A DNA stretch of 64,000 nt from assembly GCA_964016885.1 (NCBI GenBank), contig OZ024742.1:366916001-366980000 (forward strand). The letters are read 5' to 3'. Source of the DNA: Eledone cirrhosa (lineage: Eukaryota). Positions 15,001 to 30,000 of this stretch are shown here, piece by piece. Numbering within the stretch: position 1 is the stretch's first letter; each line of letters begins with the position of its first letter. Under the pieces are notes generated by a model. That model was not told the DNA's origin and made no database searches. It was given only the letters and a program-made list of their open reading frames with translations. The translations under genes were made by a program, and so were the position numbers.

Positions 15001-18000
15001 CTAACACCTTCCCCACAACACTCTCTATGACAGTTCCACTAACCCCTTCCCCTCTACACTCTCTATGACAGTTCCACTAACACCTTCCCCACAACACTCT
15101 CTATGACAGTTCCACTAACCCCTTCCCCTCTACACTCTCTATGACAGTTCCACTAACACCTTCCCCACAACACTCTCTATGACAGTTCCACTAACCCCTT
15201 CCCCTCTACACTCTCTATGACAGTTCCACTAACACCTTCCCCACAACACTCTCTATGACAGTTCCACTAACCCCTTCCCCTCTACACTCTCTATGACAGT
15301 TCCTCTATCACCTTCCCCACAACACTCTCTATGACAGTTCCACTAACCCCTTCCCCTCTACACTCTCTATGACAGTTCCACTAACACCTTCCCCACAACA
15401 CTCTCTATGACAGTTCCACTAACCCCTTCCCCTCTACACTCTCTATGACAGTTCCACTAACACCTTCCCCACAACACTCTCTATGACAGTTCCACTAACC
15501 CCTTCCCCTCTACACTCTCTATGACAGTTCCACTAACACCTTCCCCACAACACTCTCTATGACAGTTCCACTAACCCCTTCCCCTCTACACTCTCTATGA
15601 CAGTTCCACTAACCCCTTCCCCACAACACTCTCTATGACAGTTCCACTAACCCCTTCCCCTCTACACTCTCTATGACAGTTCCACTAACACCTTCCCCAC
15701 AACACTCTCTATGACAGTTCCACTAACACCTCCCCCACAACACTCTCTATGACAGTTCCACTAACCCCTTCCCCACAACACTCTCTATGACAGTTCCTCT
15801 ATCACCTCCCCCACAACACTCTCTATGACAGTTCCACTAACACCTCCCCCACAACACTCTCTATGACAGTTCCACTAACCCCTTCCCCACAACACTCTCT
15901 ATGACAGTTCCTCTATCACCTCCCCCACAACACTCTCTATGACAGTTCCACTAACCCCTTCCCCACAACACTCTCTATGACAGTTCCACTAACACCTTCC
16001 CCACAACACTCTCTATGACAGTTCCACTAACCCCTTCCCCACAACACTCTCTATGACAGTTCCACTAACCCCTTCCCCACAACACTCTCTATGACAGTTC
16101 CTCTATCACCTCCCCCACAACACTCTCTATGACAGTTCCACTAACCCCTTCCCCACAACACTCTCTATGACAGTTCCACTAACACCTTCCCCACAACACT
16201 CTCTATGACAGTTCCACTAACCCCTTCCCCACAACACTCTCTATGACAGTTCCTCTATCACCTTCCCCACAACACTCTCTATGACAGTTCCACTAACCCC
16301 TTCCCCACAACACTCTCTATGACAGTTCCTCTAACCCCTTCCCCTCTACACTCTCTATGACAGTTCCACTAACCCCTTCCCCTCTACACTCTCTATGACA
16401 GTTCCACTAACCCCTTCCCCTCTACACTCTCTATGACAGTTCCACTAACCCCTTCCCCTCTACACTCTCTATGACAGTTCCTCTAACCCCTTCCCCTCTA
16501 CACTCTCTATGACAGTTCCACTAACCCCTTCCCCTCTACACTCTCTATGACAGTTCCACTAACCCCTCCCCCACAACACTCTCTATGACAGTTCCACTAA
16601 CCCCTTCCCCACAACACTCTCTATGACAGTTCCACTAACCCCTTCCCCACAACACTCTCTATGACAGTTCCACTAACCCCTTCCCCACAACACTCTCTAT
16701 GACAGTTCCACTAACCCCTCCCCCACAACACTCTCTATGACAGTTCCACTAACACCTTCCCCACAACACTCTCTATGACAGTTCCACTAACCCCTTCCCC
16801 ACAACACTCTCTATGACAGTTCCACTAACACCTCCCCCACAACTATCTCTATGACAGTTCCACTAACACCTCCCCCACAACACTCTCTATGACAGTTCCA
16901 CTAACACCTCCCCCACAACACTCTCTATGACAGTTCCACTAACCCCTTCCCCACAACACTCTCTATGACAGTTCCACTAACACCTTCCCCACAACACTCT
17001 CTATGACAGTTCCACTAACACCTTCCCCACAACACTCTCTATGACAGTTCCACTAACCCCTTCCCCACAACACTCTCTATGACAGTTCCACTAACCCCTT
17101 CCCCACAACACTCTCTATGACAGTTCCACTAACACCTCCCCACAACACTCTCTATGACAGTTCCACTAACCCCTTCCCCACAACACTCTCTATGACAGTT
17201 CCACTAACCCCTTCCCCACAACACTCTCTATGACAGTTCCACTAACACCTCCCCACAACACTCTCTATGACAGTTCCACTAACCCCTTCCCCACAACACT
17301 CTCTATGACAGTTCCACTAACACCTCCCCCACAACACTCTCTATGACAGTTCCACTAACACCTCCCCCACAACACTCTCTATGACAGTTCCACTAACCCC
17401 TTCCCCACAACACTCTCTATGACAGTTCCACTAACACCTTCCCCACAACACTCTCTATGACAGTTCCACTAACACCTTCCCCACAACACTCTCTATGACA
17501 GTTCCACTAACACCTCCCCCACAACTATCTCTATGACAGTTCCACTAACACCTCCCCCACAACACTCTCTATGACAGTTCCACTAACACCTCCCCCACAA
17601 CACTCTCTATGACAGTTCCACTAACCCCTTCCCCACAACACTCTCTATGACAGTTCCACTAACACCTCCCCACAACACTCTCTATGACAGTTCCACTAAC
17701 ACCTCCCCCACAACACTCTCTATGACAGTTCCACTAACCCCTTCCCCTCTACACTCTCTATGACAGTTCCACTAACCCCTTCCCCACAACACTCTCTATG
17801 ACAGTTCCTCTATCACCTTCCCCACAACACTCTCTATGACAGTTCCACTAACCCCTTCCCCTCTACACTCTCTATGACAGTTCCTCTATCACCTTCCCCA
17901 CAACACTCTCTATGACAGTTCCACTAACACCTCCCCCACAACACTCTCTATGACAGTTCCACTAACCCCTTCCCCTCTACACTCTCTATGACAGTTCCAC

Positions 18001-21000
18001 TAACCCCTTCCCCACAACACTCTCTATGACAGTTCCACTAACACCTCCCCCACAACACTCTCTATGACAGTTCCACTAACCCCTTCCCCTCTACACTCTC
18101 TATGACAGTTCCACTAACCCCTTCCCCACAACACTCTCTATGACAGTTCCTCTATCACCTTCCCCACAACACTCTCTATGACAGTTCCACTAACCCCTTC
18201 CCCACAACACTCTCTATGACAGTTCCACTAACACCTCCCCCACAACTATCTCTATGACAGTTCCACTAACCCCTTCCCCTCTACACTCTCTATGACAGTT
18301 CCACTAACCCCTTCCCCACAACACTCTCTATGACAGTTCCTCTATCACCTTCCCCACAACACTCTCTATGACAGTTCCACTAACCCCTTCCCCACAACAC
18401 TCTCTATGACAGTTCCACTAACCCCTTCCCCTCTACACTCTCTATGACAGTTCCACTAACCCCTTCCCCTCTACACTCTCTATGACAGTTCCACTAACAC
18501 CTTCCCCTCTACACTCTCTATGACAGTTCCACTAACACCTTCCCCACAACACTCTCTATGACAGTTCCACTAACCCCTTCCCCACAACACTCTCTATGAC
18601 AGTTCCACTAACCCCTTCCCCTCTACACTCTCTATGACAGTTCCACTAACCCCTTCCCCACAACACTCTCTATGACAGTTCCTCTATCACCTTCCCCACA
18701 ACACTCTCTATGACAGTTCCACTAACCCCTTCCCCACAACACTCTCTATGACAGTTCCTCTAACACCTTCCCCACAACACTCTCTATGACAGTTCCACTA
18801 ACCCCTTCCCCACAACACTCTCTATGACAGTTCCTCTATCACCTTCCCCACAACACTCTCTATGACAGTTCCACTAACCCCTTCCCCACAACACTCTCTA
18901 TGACAGTTCCTCTATCACCTTCCCCACAACACTCTCTATGACAGTTCCACTAACCCCTTCCCCACAACACTCTCTATGACAGTTCCACTAACACCTTCCC
19001 CACAACACTCTCTATGACAGTTCCACTAACACCTTCCCCACAACACTCTCTATGACAGTTCCACTAACACCTTCCCCACAACACTCTCTATGACAGTTCC
19101 ACTAACACCTTCCCCACAACACTCTCTATGACAGTTCCACTAACCCCTTCCCCACAACACTCTCTATGACAGTTCCACTAACCCCTTCCCCACAACACTC
19201 TCTATGACAGTTCCACTAACCCCTTCCCCACAACACTCTCTATGACAGTTCCTCTATCACCTTCCCCACAACACTCTCTATGACAGTTCCACTAACCCCT
19301 TCCCCACAACACTCTCTATGACAGTTCCTCTATCACCTTCCCCACAACACTCTCTATGACAGTTCCACTAACCCCTTCCCCACAACACTCTCTATGACAG
19401 TTCCTCTATCACCTCCCCACAACACTCTCTATGACAGTTCCACTAACCCCTTCCCCACAACACTCTCTATGACAGTTCCTCTATCACCTCCCCCACAACA
19501 CTCTCTATGACAGTTCCACTAACCCCTTCCCCACAACACTCTCTATGACAGTTCCACTAACACCTTCCCCACAACACTCTCTATGACAGTTCCACTAACC
19601 CCTTCCCCACAACACTCTCTATGACAGTTCCTCTAACACCTTCCCCACAACACTCTCTATGACAGTTCCACTAACCCCTTCCCCACAACACTCTCTATGA
19701 CAGTTCCACTAACACCTTCCCCACAACACTCTCTATGACAGTTCCACTAACACCTTCCCCACAACACTCTCTATGACAGTTCCACTAACCCCTTCCCCAC
19801 AACACTCTCTATGACAGTTCCACTAACACCTCCCCCACAACACTCTCTATGACAGTTCCACTAACCCCTTCCCCTCTACACTCTCTATGACAGTTCCACT
19901 AACACCTTCCCCACAACACTCTCTATGACAGTTCCACTAACACCTTCCCCACAACACTCTCTATGACAGTTCCACTAACCCCTTCCCCACAACACTCTCT
20001 ATGACAGTTCCTCTAACACCTTCCCCACAACACTCTCTATGACAGTTCCACTAACCCCTTCCCCACAACACTCTCTATGACAGTTCCACTAACACCTTCC
20101 CCACAACACTCTCTATGACAGTTCCACTAACCCCTTCCCCACAACACTCTCTATGACAGTTCCACTAACCCCTTCCCCACAACACTCTCTATGACAGTTC
20201 CTCTATCACCTTCCCCACAACACTCTCTATGACAGTTCCACTAACCCCTTCCCCACAACACTCTCTATGACAGTTCCACTAACACCTTCCCCACAACACT
20301 CTCTATGACAGTTCCACTAACACCTTCCCCACAACACTCTCTATGACAGTTCCACTAACCCCTTCCCCACAACACTCTCTATGACAGTTCCACTAACACC
20401 TCCCCCACAACACTCTCTATGACAGTTCCACTAACCCCTTCCCCTCTACACTCTCTATGACAGTTCCACTAACCCCTTCCCCACAACACTCTCTATGACA
20501 GTTCCTCTATCACCTTCCCCACAACACTCTCTATGACAGTTCCACTAACCCCTTCCCCTCTACACTCTCTATGACAGTTCCACTAACACCTTCCCCACAA
20601 CACTCTCTATGACAGTTCCACTAACCCCTTCCCCACAACACTCTCTATGACAGTTCCACTAACCCCTTCCCCTCTACACTCTCTATGACAGTTCCACTAA
20701 CACCTTCCCCACAACACTCTCTATGACAGTTCCACTAACCCCTTCCCCACAACACTCTCTATGACAGTTCCACTAACCCCTTCCCCTCTACACTCTCTAT
20801 GACAGTTCCACTAACACCTCCCCCACAACACTCTCTATGACAGTTCCACTAACCCCTTCCCCACAACACTCTCTATGACAGTTCCACTAACCCCTTCCCC
20901 ACAACACTCTCTATGACAGTTCCACTAACCCCTTCCCCTCTACACTCTCTATGACAGTTCCACTAACACCTTCCCCACAACACTCTCTATGACAGTTCCA

Positions 21001-24000
21001 CTAACCCCTTCCCCACAACACTCTCTATGACAGTTCCACTATCACCTTCCCCACAACACTCTCTATGACAGTTCCACTAACCCCTTCCCCACAACACTCT
21101 CTATGACAGTTCCACTAACACCTTCCCCACAACACTCTCTATGACAGTTCCACTAACACCTTCCCCACAACACTCTCTATGACAGTTCCACTAACCCCTT
21201 CCCCACAACACTCTCTATGACAGTTCCACTAACACCTCCCCCACAACACTCTCTATGACAGTTCCACTAACCCCTTCCCCTCTACACTCTCTATGACAGT
21301 TCCACTAACCCCTTCCCCACAACACTCTCTATGACAGTTCCACTAACACCTTCCCCACAACACTCTCTATGACAGTTCCACTAACCCCTTCCCCTCTACA
21401 CTCTCTATGACAGTTCCACTAACCCCTTCCCCACAACACTCTCTATGACAGTTCCACTAACCCCTTCCCCACAACACTCTCTATGACAGTTCCACTAACA
21501 CCTTCCCCACAACACTCTCTATGACAGTTCCACTAACCCCTTCCCCTCTACACTCTCTATGACAGTTCCACTAACCCCTTCCCCACAACACTCTCTATGA
21601 CAGTTCCACTAACCCCTTCCCCACAACACTCTCTATGACAGTTCCACTAACCCCTTCCCCTCTACACTCTCTATGACAGTTCCACTAACCCCTTCCCCAC
21701 AACACTCTCTATGACAGTTCCACTAACACCTTCCCCACAACACTCTCTATGACAGTTCCACTAACCCCTTCCCCTCAACACTCTCTATGACAGTTCCACT
21801 AACCCCTTCCCCACAACACTCTCTATGACAGTTCCACTAACCCCTTCCCCACAACACTCTCTATGACAGTTCCTCTATCACCTTCCCCACAACACTCTCT
21901 ATGACAGTTCCACTAACCCCTTCCCCTCTACACTCTCTATGACAGTTCCACTAACCCCTTCCCCACAACACTCTCTATGACAGTTCCACTAACCCCTTCC
22001 CCACAACACTCTCTATGACAGTTCCACTAACCCCTTCCCCTCTACACTCTCTATGACAGTTCCACTAACCCCTTCCCCACAACACTCTCTATGACAGTTC
22101 CACTAACACCTTCCCCACAACACTCTCTATGACAGTTCCACTAACCCCTTCCCCACAACACTCTCTATGACAGTTCCACTAACCCCTTCCCCACAACACT
22201 CTCTATGACAGTTCCACTAACACCTCCCCCACAACACTCTCTATGACAGTTCCACTAACCCCTTCCCCACTACACTCTCTATGACAGTTCCACTAACCCC
22301 TTCCCCACAACACTCTCTATGACAGTTCCACTAACACCTTCCCCACAACACTCTCTATGACAGTTCCACTAACCCCTTCCCCTCTACACTCTCTATGACA
22401 GTTCCACTAACCCCTTCCCCACAACACTCTCTATGACAGTTCCACTAACCCCTTCCCCACAACACTCTCTATGACAGTTCCTCTAACACCTTCCCCACAA
22501 CACTCTCTATGACAGTTCCACTAACCCCTTCCCCTCTACACTCTCTATGACAGTTCCACTAACCCCTTCCCCACAACACTCTCTATGACAGTTCCACTAA
22601 CCCCTTCCCCACAACACTCTCTATGACAGTTCCACTAACCCCTTCCCCTCTACACTCTCTATGACAGTTCCACTAACACCTCCCCACAACACTCTCTATG
22701 ACAGTTCCACTAACCCCTTCCCCACAACACTCTCTATGACAGTTCCACTAACCCCTTCCCCTCTACACTCTCTATGACAGTTCCACTAACACCTTCCCCA
22801 CAACACTCTCTATGACAGTTCCACTAACCCCTTCCCCACAACACTCTCTATGACAGTTCCACTAACCCCTTCCCCACAACACTCTCTATGACAGTTCCAC
22901 TAACCCCTTCCCCTCTACACTCTCTATGACAGTTCCACTAACACCTTCCCCACAACACTCTCTATGACAGTTCCACTAACCCCTTCCCCACAACACTCTC
23001 TATGACAGTTCCACTAACCCCTTCCCCTCTACACTCTCTATGACAGTTCCACTAACACCTCCCCACAACACTCTCTATGACAGTTCCACTAACCCCTTCC
23101 CCACAACACTCTCTATGACAGTTCCACTAACCCCTTCCCCTCTACACTCTCTATGACAGTTCCACTAACACCTCCCCCACAACACTCTCTATGACAGTTC
23201 CACTAACCCCTTCCCCACAACACTCTCTATGACAGTTCCACTAACCCCTTCCCCACAACACTCTCTATGACAGTTCCACTAACCCCTTCCCCACTACACT
23301 CTCTATGACAGTTCCACTAACACCTTCCCCACAACACTCTCTATGACAGTTCCACTAACCCCTTCCCCTCTACACTCTCTATGACAGTTCCACTAACCCC
23401 TTCCCCTCTACACTCTCTATGACAGTTCCACTAACACCTTCCCCACAACACTCTCTATGACAGTTCCACTAACCCCTTCCCCTCTACACTCTCTATGACA
23501 GTTCCACTAACCCCTTCCCCTCTACACTCTCTATGACAGTTCCACTAACACCTTCCCCACAACACTCTCTATGACAGTTCCACTAACCCCTTCCCCTCTA
23601 CACTCTCTATGACAGTTCCACTAACCCCTTCCCCACAACACTCTCTATGACAGTTCCACTAACCCCTTCCCCTCTACACTCTCTATGACAGTTCCACTAA
23701 CACCTTCCCCACAACACTCTCTATGACAGTTCCACTAACACCTTCCCCACAACACTCTCTATGACAGTTCCACTAACCCCTTCCCCACAACACTCTCTAT
23801 GACAGTTCCACTAACACCTTCCCCACAACACTCTCTATGACAGTTCCACTAACACCTTCCCCACAACACTCTCTATGACAGTTCCACTAACCCCTTCCCC
23901 ACAACACTCTCTATGACAGTTCCTCTAACACCTCCCCCACAACACTCTCTATGACAGTTCCACTAACCCCTTCCCCACAACACTCTCTATGACAGTTCCT

Positions 24001-27000
24001 CTAACACCTTCCCCACAACACTCTCTATGACAGTTCCACTAACCCCTTCCCCACAACACTCTCTATGACAGTTCCTCTATCACCTTCCCCACAACACTCT
24101 CTATGACAGTTCCACTAACCCCTTCCCCACAACACTCTCTATGACAGTTCCACTAACACCTTCCCCACAACACTCTCTATGACAGTTCCACTAACACCTT
24201 CCCCACAACACTCTCTATGACAGTTCCACTAACCCCTTCCCCACAACACTCTCTATGACAGTTCCACTAACACCTCCCCCACAACACTCTCTATGACAGT
24301 TCCACTAACCCCTTCCCCACAACACTCTCTATGACAGTTCCTCTATCACCTCCCCCACAACACTCTCTATGACAGTTCCACTAACCCCTTCCCCACAACA
24401 CTCTCTATGACAGTTCCTCTATCACCTTCCCCACAACACTCTCTATGACAGTTCCACTAACCCCTTCCCCACAACACTCTCTATGACAGTTCCACTAACA
24501 CCTTCCCCACAACACTCTCTATGACAGTTCCACTAACCCCTTCCCCTCTACACTCTCTATGACAGTTCCACTAACCCCTTCCCCACAACACTCTCTATGA
24601 CAGTTCCACTAACCCCTTCCCCACAACACTCTCTATGACAGTTCCACTAACCCCTTCCCCACAACACTCTCTATGACAGTTCCACTAACCCCTTCCCCAC
24701 AACACTCTCTATGACAGTTCCACTAACACCTTCCCCACAACACTCTCTATGACAGTTCCACTAACCCCTTCCCCACAACACTCTCTATGACAGTTCCACT
24801 AACCCCTTCCCCACAACACTCTCTATGACAGTTCCACTAACCCCTTCCCCACAACACTCTCTATGACAGTTCCACTAACCCCTTCCCCACAACACTCTCT
24901 ATGACAGTTCCACTAACCCCTTCCCCACAACACTCTCTATGACAGTTCCACTAACCCCTTCCCCTCTACACTCTCTATGACAGTTCCACTAACCCCTTCC
25001 CCACAACACTCTCTATGACAGTTCCACTAACACCTTCCCCACAACACTCTCTATGACAGTTCCACTAACCCCTTCCCCTCTACACTCTCTATGACAGTTC
25101 CACTAACCCCTTCCCCACAACACTCTCTATGACAGTTCCACTAACCCCTTCCCCACAACACTCTCTATGACAGTTCCACTAACCCCTTCCCCACAACACT
25201 CTCTATGACAGTTCCACTAACCCCTTCCCCACAACACTCTCTATGACAGTTCCACTAACCCCTTCCCCACAACACTCTCTATGACAGTTCCACTAACCCC
25301 TTCCCCACAACACTCTCTATGACAGTTCCACTAACCCCTTCCCCACAACACTCTCTATGACAGTTCCACTAACCCCTTCCCCACAACACTCTCTATGACA
25401 GTTCCACTAACCCCTTCCCCACAACACTCTCTATGACAGTTCCACTAACCCCTTCCCCACAACACTCTCTATGACAGTTCCACTAACCCCTTCCCCTCTA
25501 CACTCTCTATGACAGTTCCACTAACCCCTTCCCCACAACACTCTCTATGACAGTTCCACTAACACCTTCCCCACAACACTCTCTATGACAGTTCCACTAA
25601 CCCCTTCCCCACAACACTCTCTATGACAGTTCCACTAACCCCTTCCCCACAACACTCTCTATGACAGTTCCACTAACCCCTTCCCCTCTACACTCTCTAT
25701 GACAGTTCCACTAACCCCTTCCCCACAACACTCTCTATGACAGTTCCACTAACACCTTCCCCACAACACTCTCTATGACAGTTCCACTAACCCCTTCCCC
25801 ACAACACTCTCTATGACAGTTCCACTAACCCCTTCCCCACAACACTCTCTATGACAGTTCCACTAACCCCTTCCCCACAACACTCTCTATGACAGTTCCA
25901 CTAACCCCTTCCCCACAACACTCTCTATGACAGTTCCACTAACCCCTTCCCCACAACACTCTCTATGACAGTTCCACTAACCCCTTCCCCTCTACACTCT
26001 CTATGACAGTTCCACTAACCCCTTCCCCACAACACTCTCTATGACAGTTCCACTAACACCTTCCCCACAACACTCTCTATGACAGTTCCACTAACCCCTT
26101 CCCCTCTACACTCTCTATGACAGTTCCACTAACCCCTTCCCCACAACACTCTCTATGACAGTTCCACTAACACCTTCCCCACAACACTCTCTATGACAGT
26201 TCCACTAACCCCTTCCCCACAACACTCTCTATGACAGTTCCACTAACCCCTTCCCCACAACACTCTCTATGACAGTTCCACTAACCCCTTCCCCACAACA
26301 CTCTCTATGACAGTTCCACTAACCCCTTCCCCACAACACTCTCTATGACAGTTCCACTAACCCCTTCCCCACAACACTCTCTATGACAGTTCCACTAACC
26401 CCTTCCCCACAACACTCTCTATGACAGTTCCACTAACCCCTTCCCCTCTACACTCTCTATGACAGTTCCACTAACCCCTTCCCCACAACACTCTCTATGA
26501 CAGTTCCACTAACCCCTTCCCCACAACACTCTCTATGACAGTTCCACTAACCCCTTCCCCTCTACACTCTCTATGACAGTTCCACTAACCCCTTCCCCAC
26601 AACACTCTCTATGACAGTTCCACTAACCCCTTCCCCACAACACTCTCTATGACAGTTCCACTAACCCCTTCCCCACAACACTCTCTATGACAGTTCCACT
26701 AACCCCTTCCCCTCTACACTCTCTATGACAGTTCCACTAACCCCTTCCCCACAACACTCTCTATGACAGTTCCACTAACCCCTTCCCCACAACACTCTCT
26801 ATGACAGTTCCACTAACCCCTTCCCCTCTACACTCTCTATGACAGTTCCACTAACCCCTTCCCCACAACACTCTCTATGACAGTTCCACTAACCCCTTCC
26901 CCACTACACTCTCTATGACAGTTCCACTAACCCCTTCCCCTCTACACTCTCTATGACAGTTCCACTAACCCCTTCCCCTCTACACTCTCTATGACAGTTC

Positions 27001-30000
27001 CACTAACACCTTCCCCACAACACTCTCTATGACAGTTCCACTAACCCCTTCCCCACAACACTCTCTATGACAGTTCCACTAACCCCTTCCCCTCTACACT
27101 CTCTATGACAGTTCCACTAACCCCTTCCCCACAACACTCTCTATGACAGTTCCACTAACACCTTCCCCACAACACTCTCTATGACAGTTCCACTAACCCC
27201 TTCCCCTCTACACTCTCTATGACAGTTCCACTAACACCTTCCCCACAACACTCTCTATGACAGTTCCACTAACCCCTTCCCCTCTACACTCTCTATGACA
27301 GTTCCACTAACCCCTTCCCCACAACACTCTCTATGACAGTTCCACTAACACCTTCCCCACAACACTCTCTATGACAGTTCCACTAACCCCTTCCCCACAA
27401 CACTCTCTATGACAGTTCCACTAACCCCTTCCCCACAACACTCTCTATGACAGTTCCACTAACCCCTTCCCCACAACACTCTCTATGACAGTTCCACTAA
27501 CCCCTTCCCCACAACACTCTCTATGACAGTTCCACTAACCCCTTCCCCACAACACTCTCTATGACAGTTCCACTAACCCCTTCCCCACAACACTCTCTAT
27601 GACAGTTCCACTAACCCCTTCCCCACAACACTCTCTATGACAGTTCCACTAACCCCTTCCCCTCTACACTCTCTATGACAGTTCCACTAACCCCTTCCCC
27701 ACAACACTCTCTATGACAGTTCCACTAACACCTTCCCCACAACACTCTCTATGACAGTTCCACTAACCCCTTCCCCTCTACACTCTCTATGACAGTTCCA
27801 CTAACCCCTTCCCCACAACACTCTCTATGACAGTTCCACTAACACCTTCCCCACAACACTCTCTATGACAGTTCCACTAACCCCTTCCCCACAACACTCT
27901 CTATGACAGTTCCACTAACCCCTTCCCCACAACACTCTCTATGACAGTTCCACTAACCCCTTCCCCACAACACTCTCTATGACAGTTCCACTAACCCCTT
28001 CCCCACAACACTCTCTATGACAGTTCCACTAACCCCTTCCCCACAACACTCTCTATGACAGTTCCACTAACCCCTTCCCCACAACACTCTCTATGACAGT
28101 TCCACTAACACCTTCCCCACAACACTCTCTATGACAGTTCCACTAACCCCTTCCCCACAACACTCTCTATGACAGTTCCACTAACCCCTTCCCCACAACA
28201 CTCTCTATGACAGTTCCACTAACCCCTTCCCCACAACACTCTCTATGACAGTTCCACTAACCCCTTCCCCACAACACTCTCTATGACAGTTCCACTAACA
28301 CCTTCCCCACAACACTCTCTATGACAGTTCCACTAACCCCTTCCCCACAACACTCTCTATGACAGTTCCACTAACCCCTTCCCCACAACACTCTCTATGA
28401 CAGTTCCACTAACCCCTTCCCCACAACACTCTCTATGACAGTTCCACTAACCCCTTCCCCACAACACTCTCTATGACAGTTCCACTAACCCCTTCCCCAC
28501 AACACTCTCTATGACAGTTCCACTAACACCTTCCCCACAACACTCTCTATGACAGTTCCACTAACCCCTTCCCCACAACACTCTCTATGACAGTTCCACT
28601 AACCCCTTCCCCACAACACTCTCTATGACAGTTCCACTAACCCCTTCCCCACAACACTCTCTATGACAGTTCCACTAACACCTTCCCCACAACACTCTCT
28701 ATGACAGTTCCACTAACCCCTTCCCCTCTACACTCTCTATGACAGTTCCACTAACCCCTTCCCCACAACACTCTCTATGACAGTTCCACTAACCCCTTCC
28801 CCACAACACTCTCTATGACAGTTCCACTAACCCCTTCCCCTCTACACTCTCTATGACAGTTCCACTAACCCCTTCCCCACAACACTCTCTATGACAGTTC
28901 CACTAACCCCTTCCCCTCTACACTCTCTATGACAGTTCCACTAACCCCTTCCCCTCTACACTCTCTATGACAGTTCCACTAACCCCTTCCCCACAACACT
29001 CTCTATGACAGTTCCACTAACCCCTTCCCCTCTACACTCTCTATGACAGTTCCACTAACCCCTTCCCCTCTACACTCTCTATGACAGTTCCACTAACCCC
29101 TTCCCCACAACACTCTCTATGACAGTTCCACTAACCCCTTCCCCTCTACACTCTCTATGACAGTTCCACTAACCCCTTCCCCTCTACACTCTCTATGACA
29201 GTTCCACTAACCCCTTCCCCTCTACACTCTCTATGACAGTTCCACTAACCCCTTCCCCACAACACTCTCTATGACAGTTCCACTAACCCCTTCCCCACAA
29301 CACTCTCTATGACAGTTCCACTAACCCCTTCCCCTCTACACTCTCTATGACAGTTCCACTAACCCCTTCCCCTCAACACTCTCTATGACAGTTCCACTAA
29401 CACCTTCCCCTCTACACTCTCTATGACAGTTCCACTAACCCCTTCCCCACAACACTCTCTATGACAGTTCCACTAACCCCTTCCCCACAACACTCTCTAT
29501 GACAGTTCCACTAACCCCTTCCCCTCTACACTCTCTATGACAGTTCCACTAACCCCTTCCCCACAACACTCTCTATGACAGTTCCACTAACCCCTTCCCC
29601 ACAACACTCTCTATGACAGTTCCACTAACCCCTTCCCCACAACACTCTCTATGACAGTTCCACTAACCCCTTCCCCACAACACTCTCTATGACAGTTCCA
29701 CTAACCCCTTCCCCACAACACTCTCTATGACAGTTCCACTAACCCCTTCCCCTCTACACTCTCTATGACAGTTCCACTAACCCCTTCCCCTCTACACTCT
29801 CTATGACAGTTCCACTAACCCCTTCCCCACAACACTCTCTATGACAGTTCCACTAACACCTTCCCCTCTACACTCTCTATGACAGTTCCACTAACACCTT
29901 CCCCTCTACACTCTCTATGACAGTTCCACTAACCCCTTCCCCTCTACACTCTCTATGACAGTTCCACTAACACCTTCCCCACAACACTCTCTATGACAGT

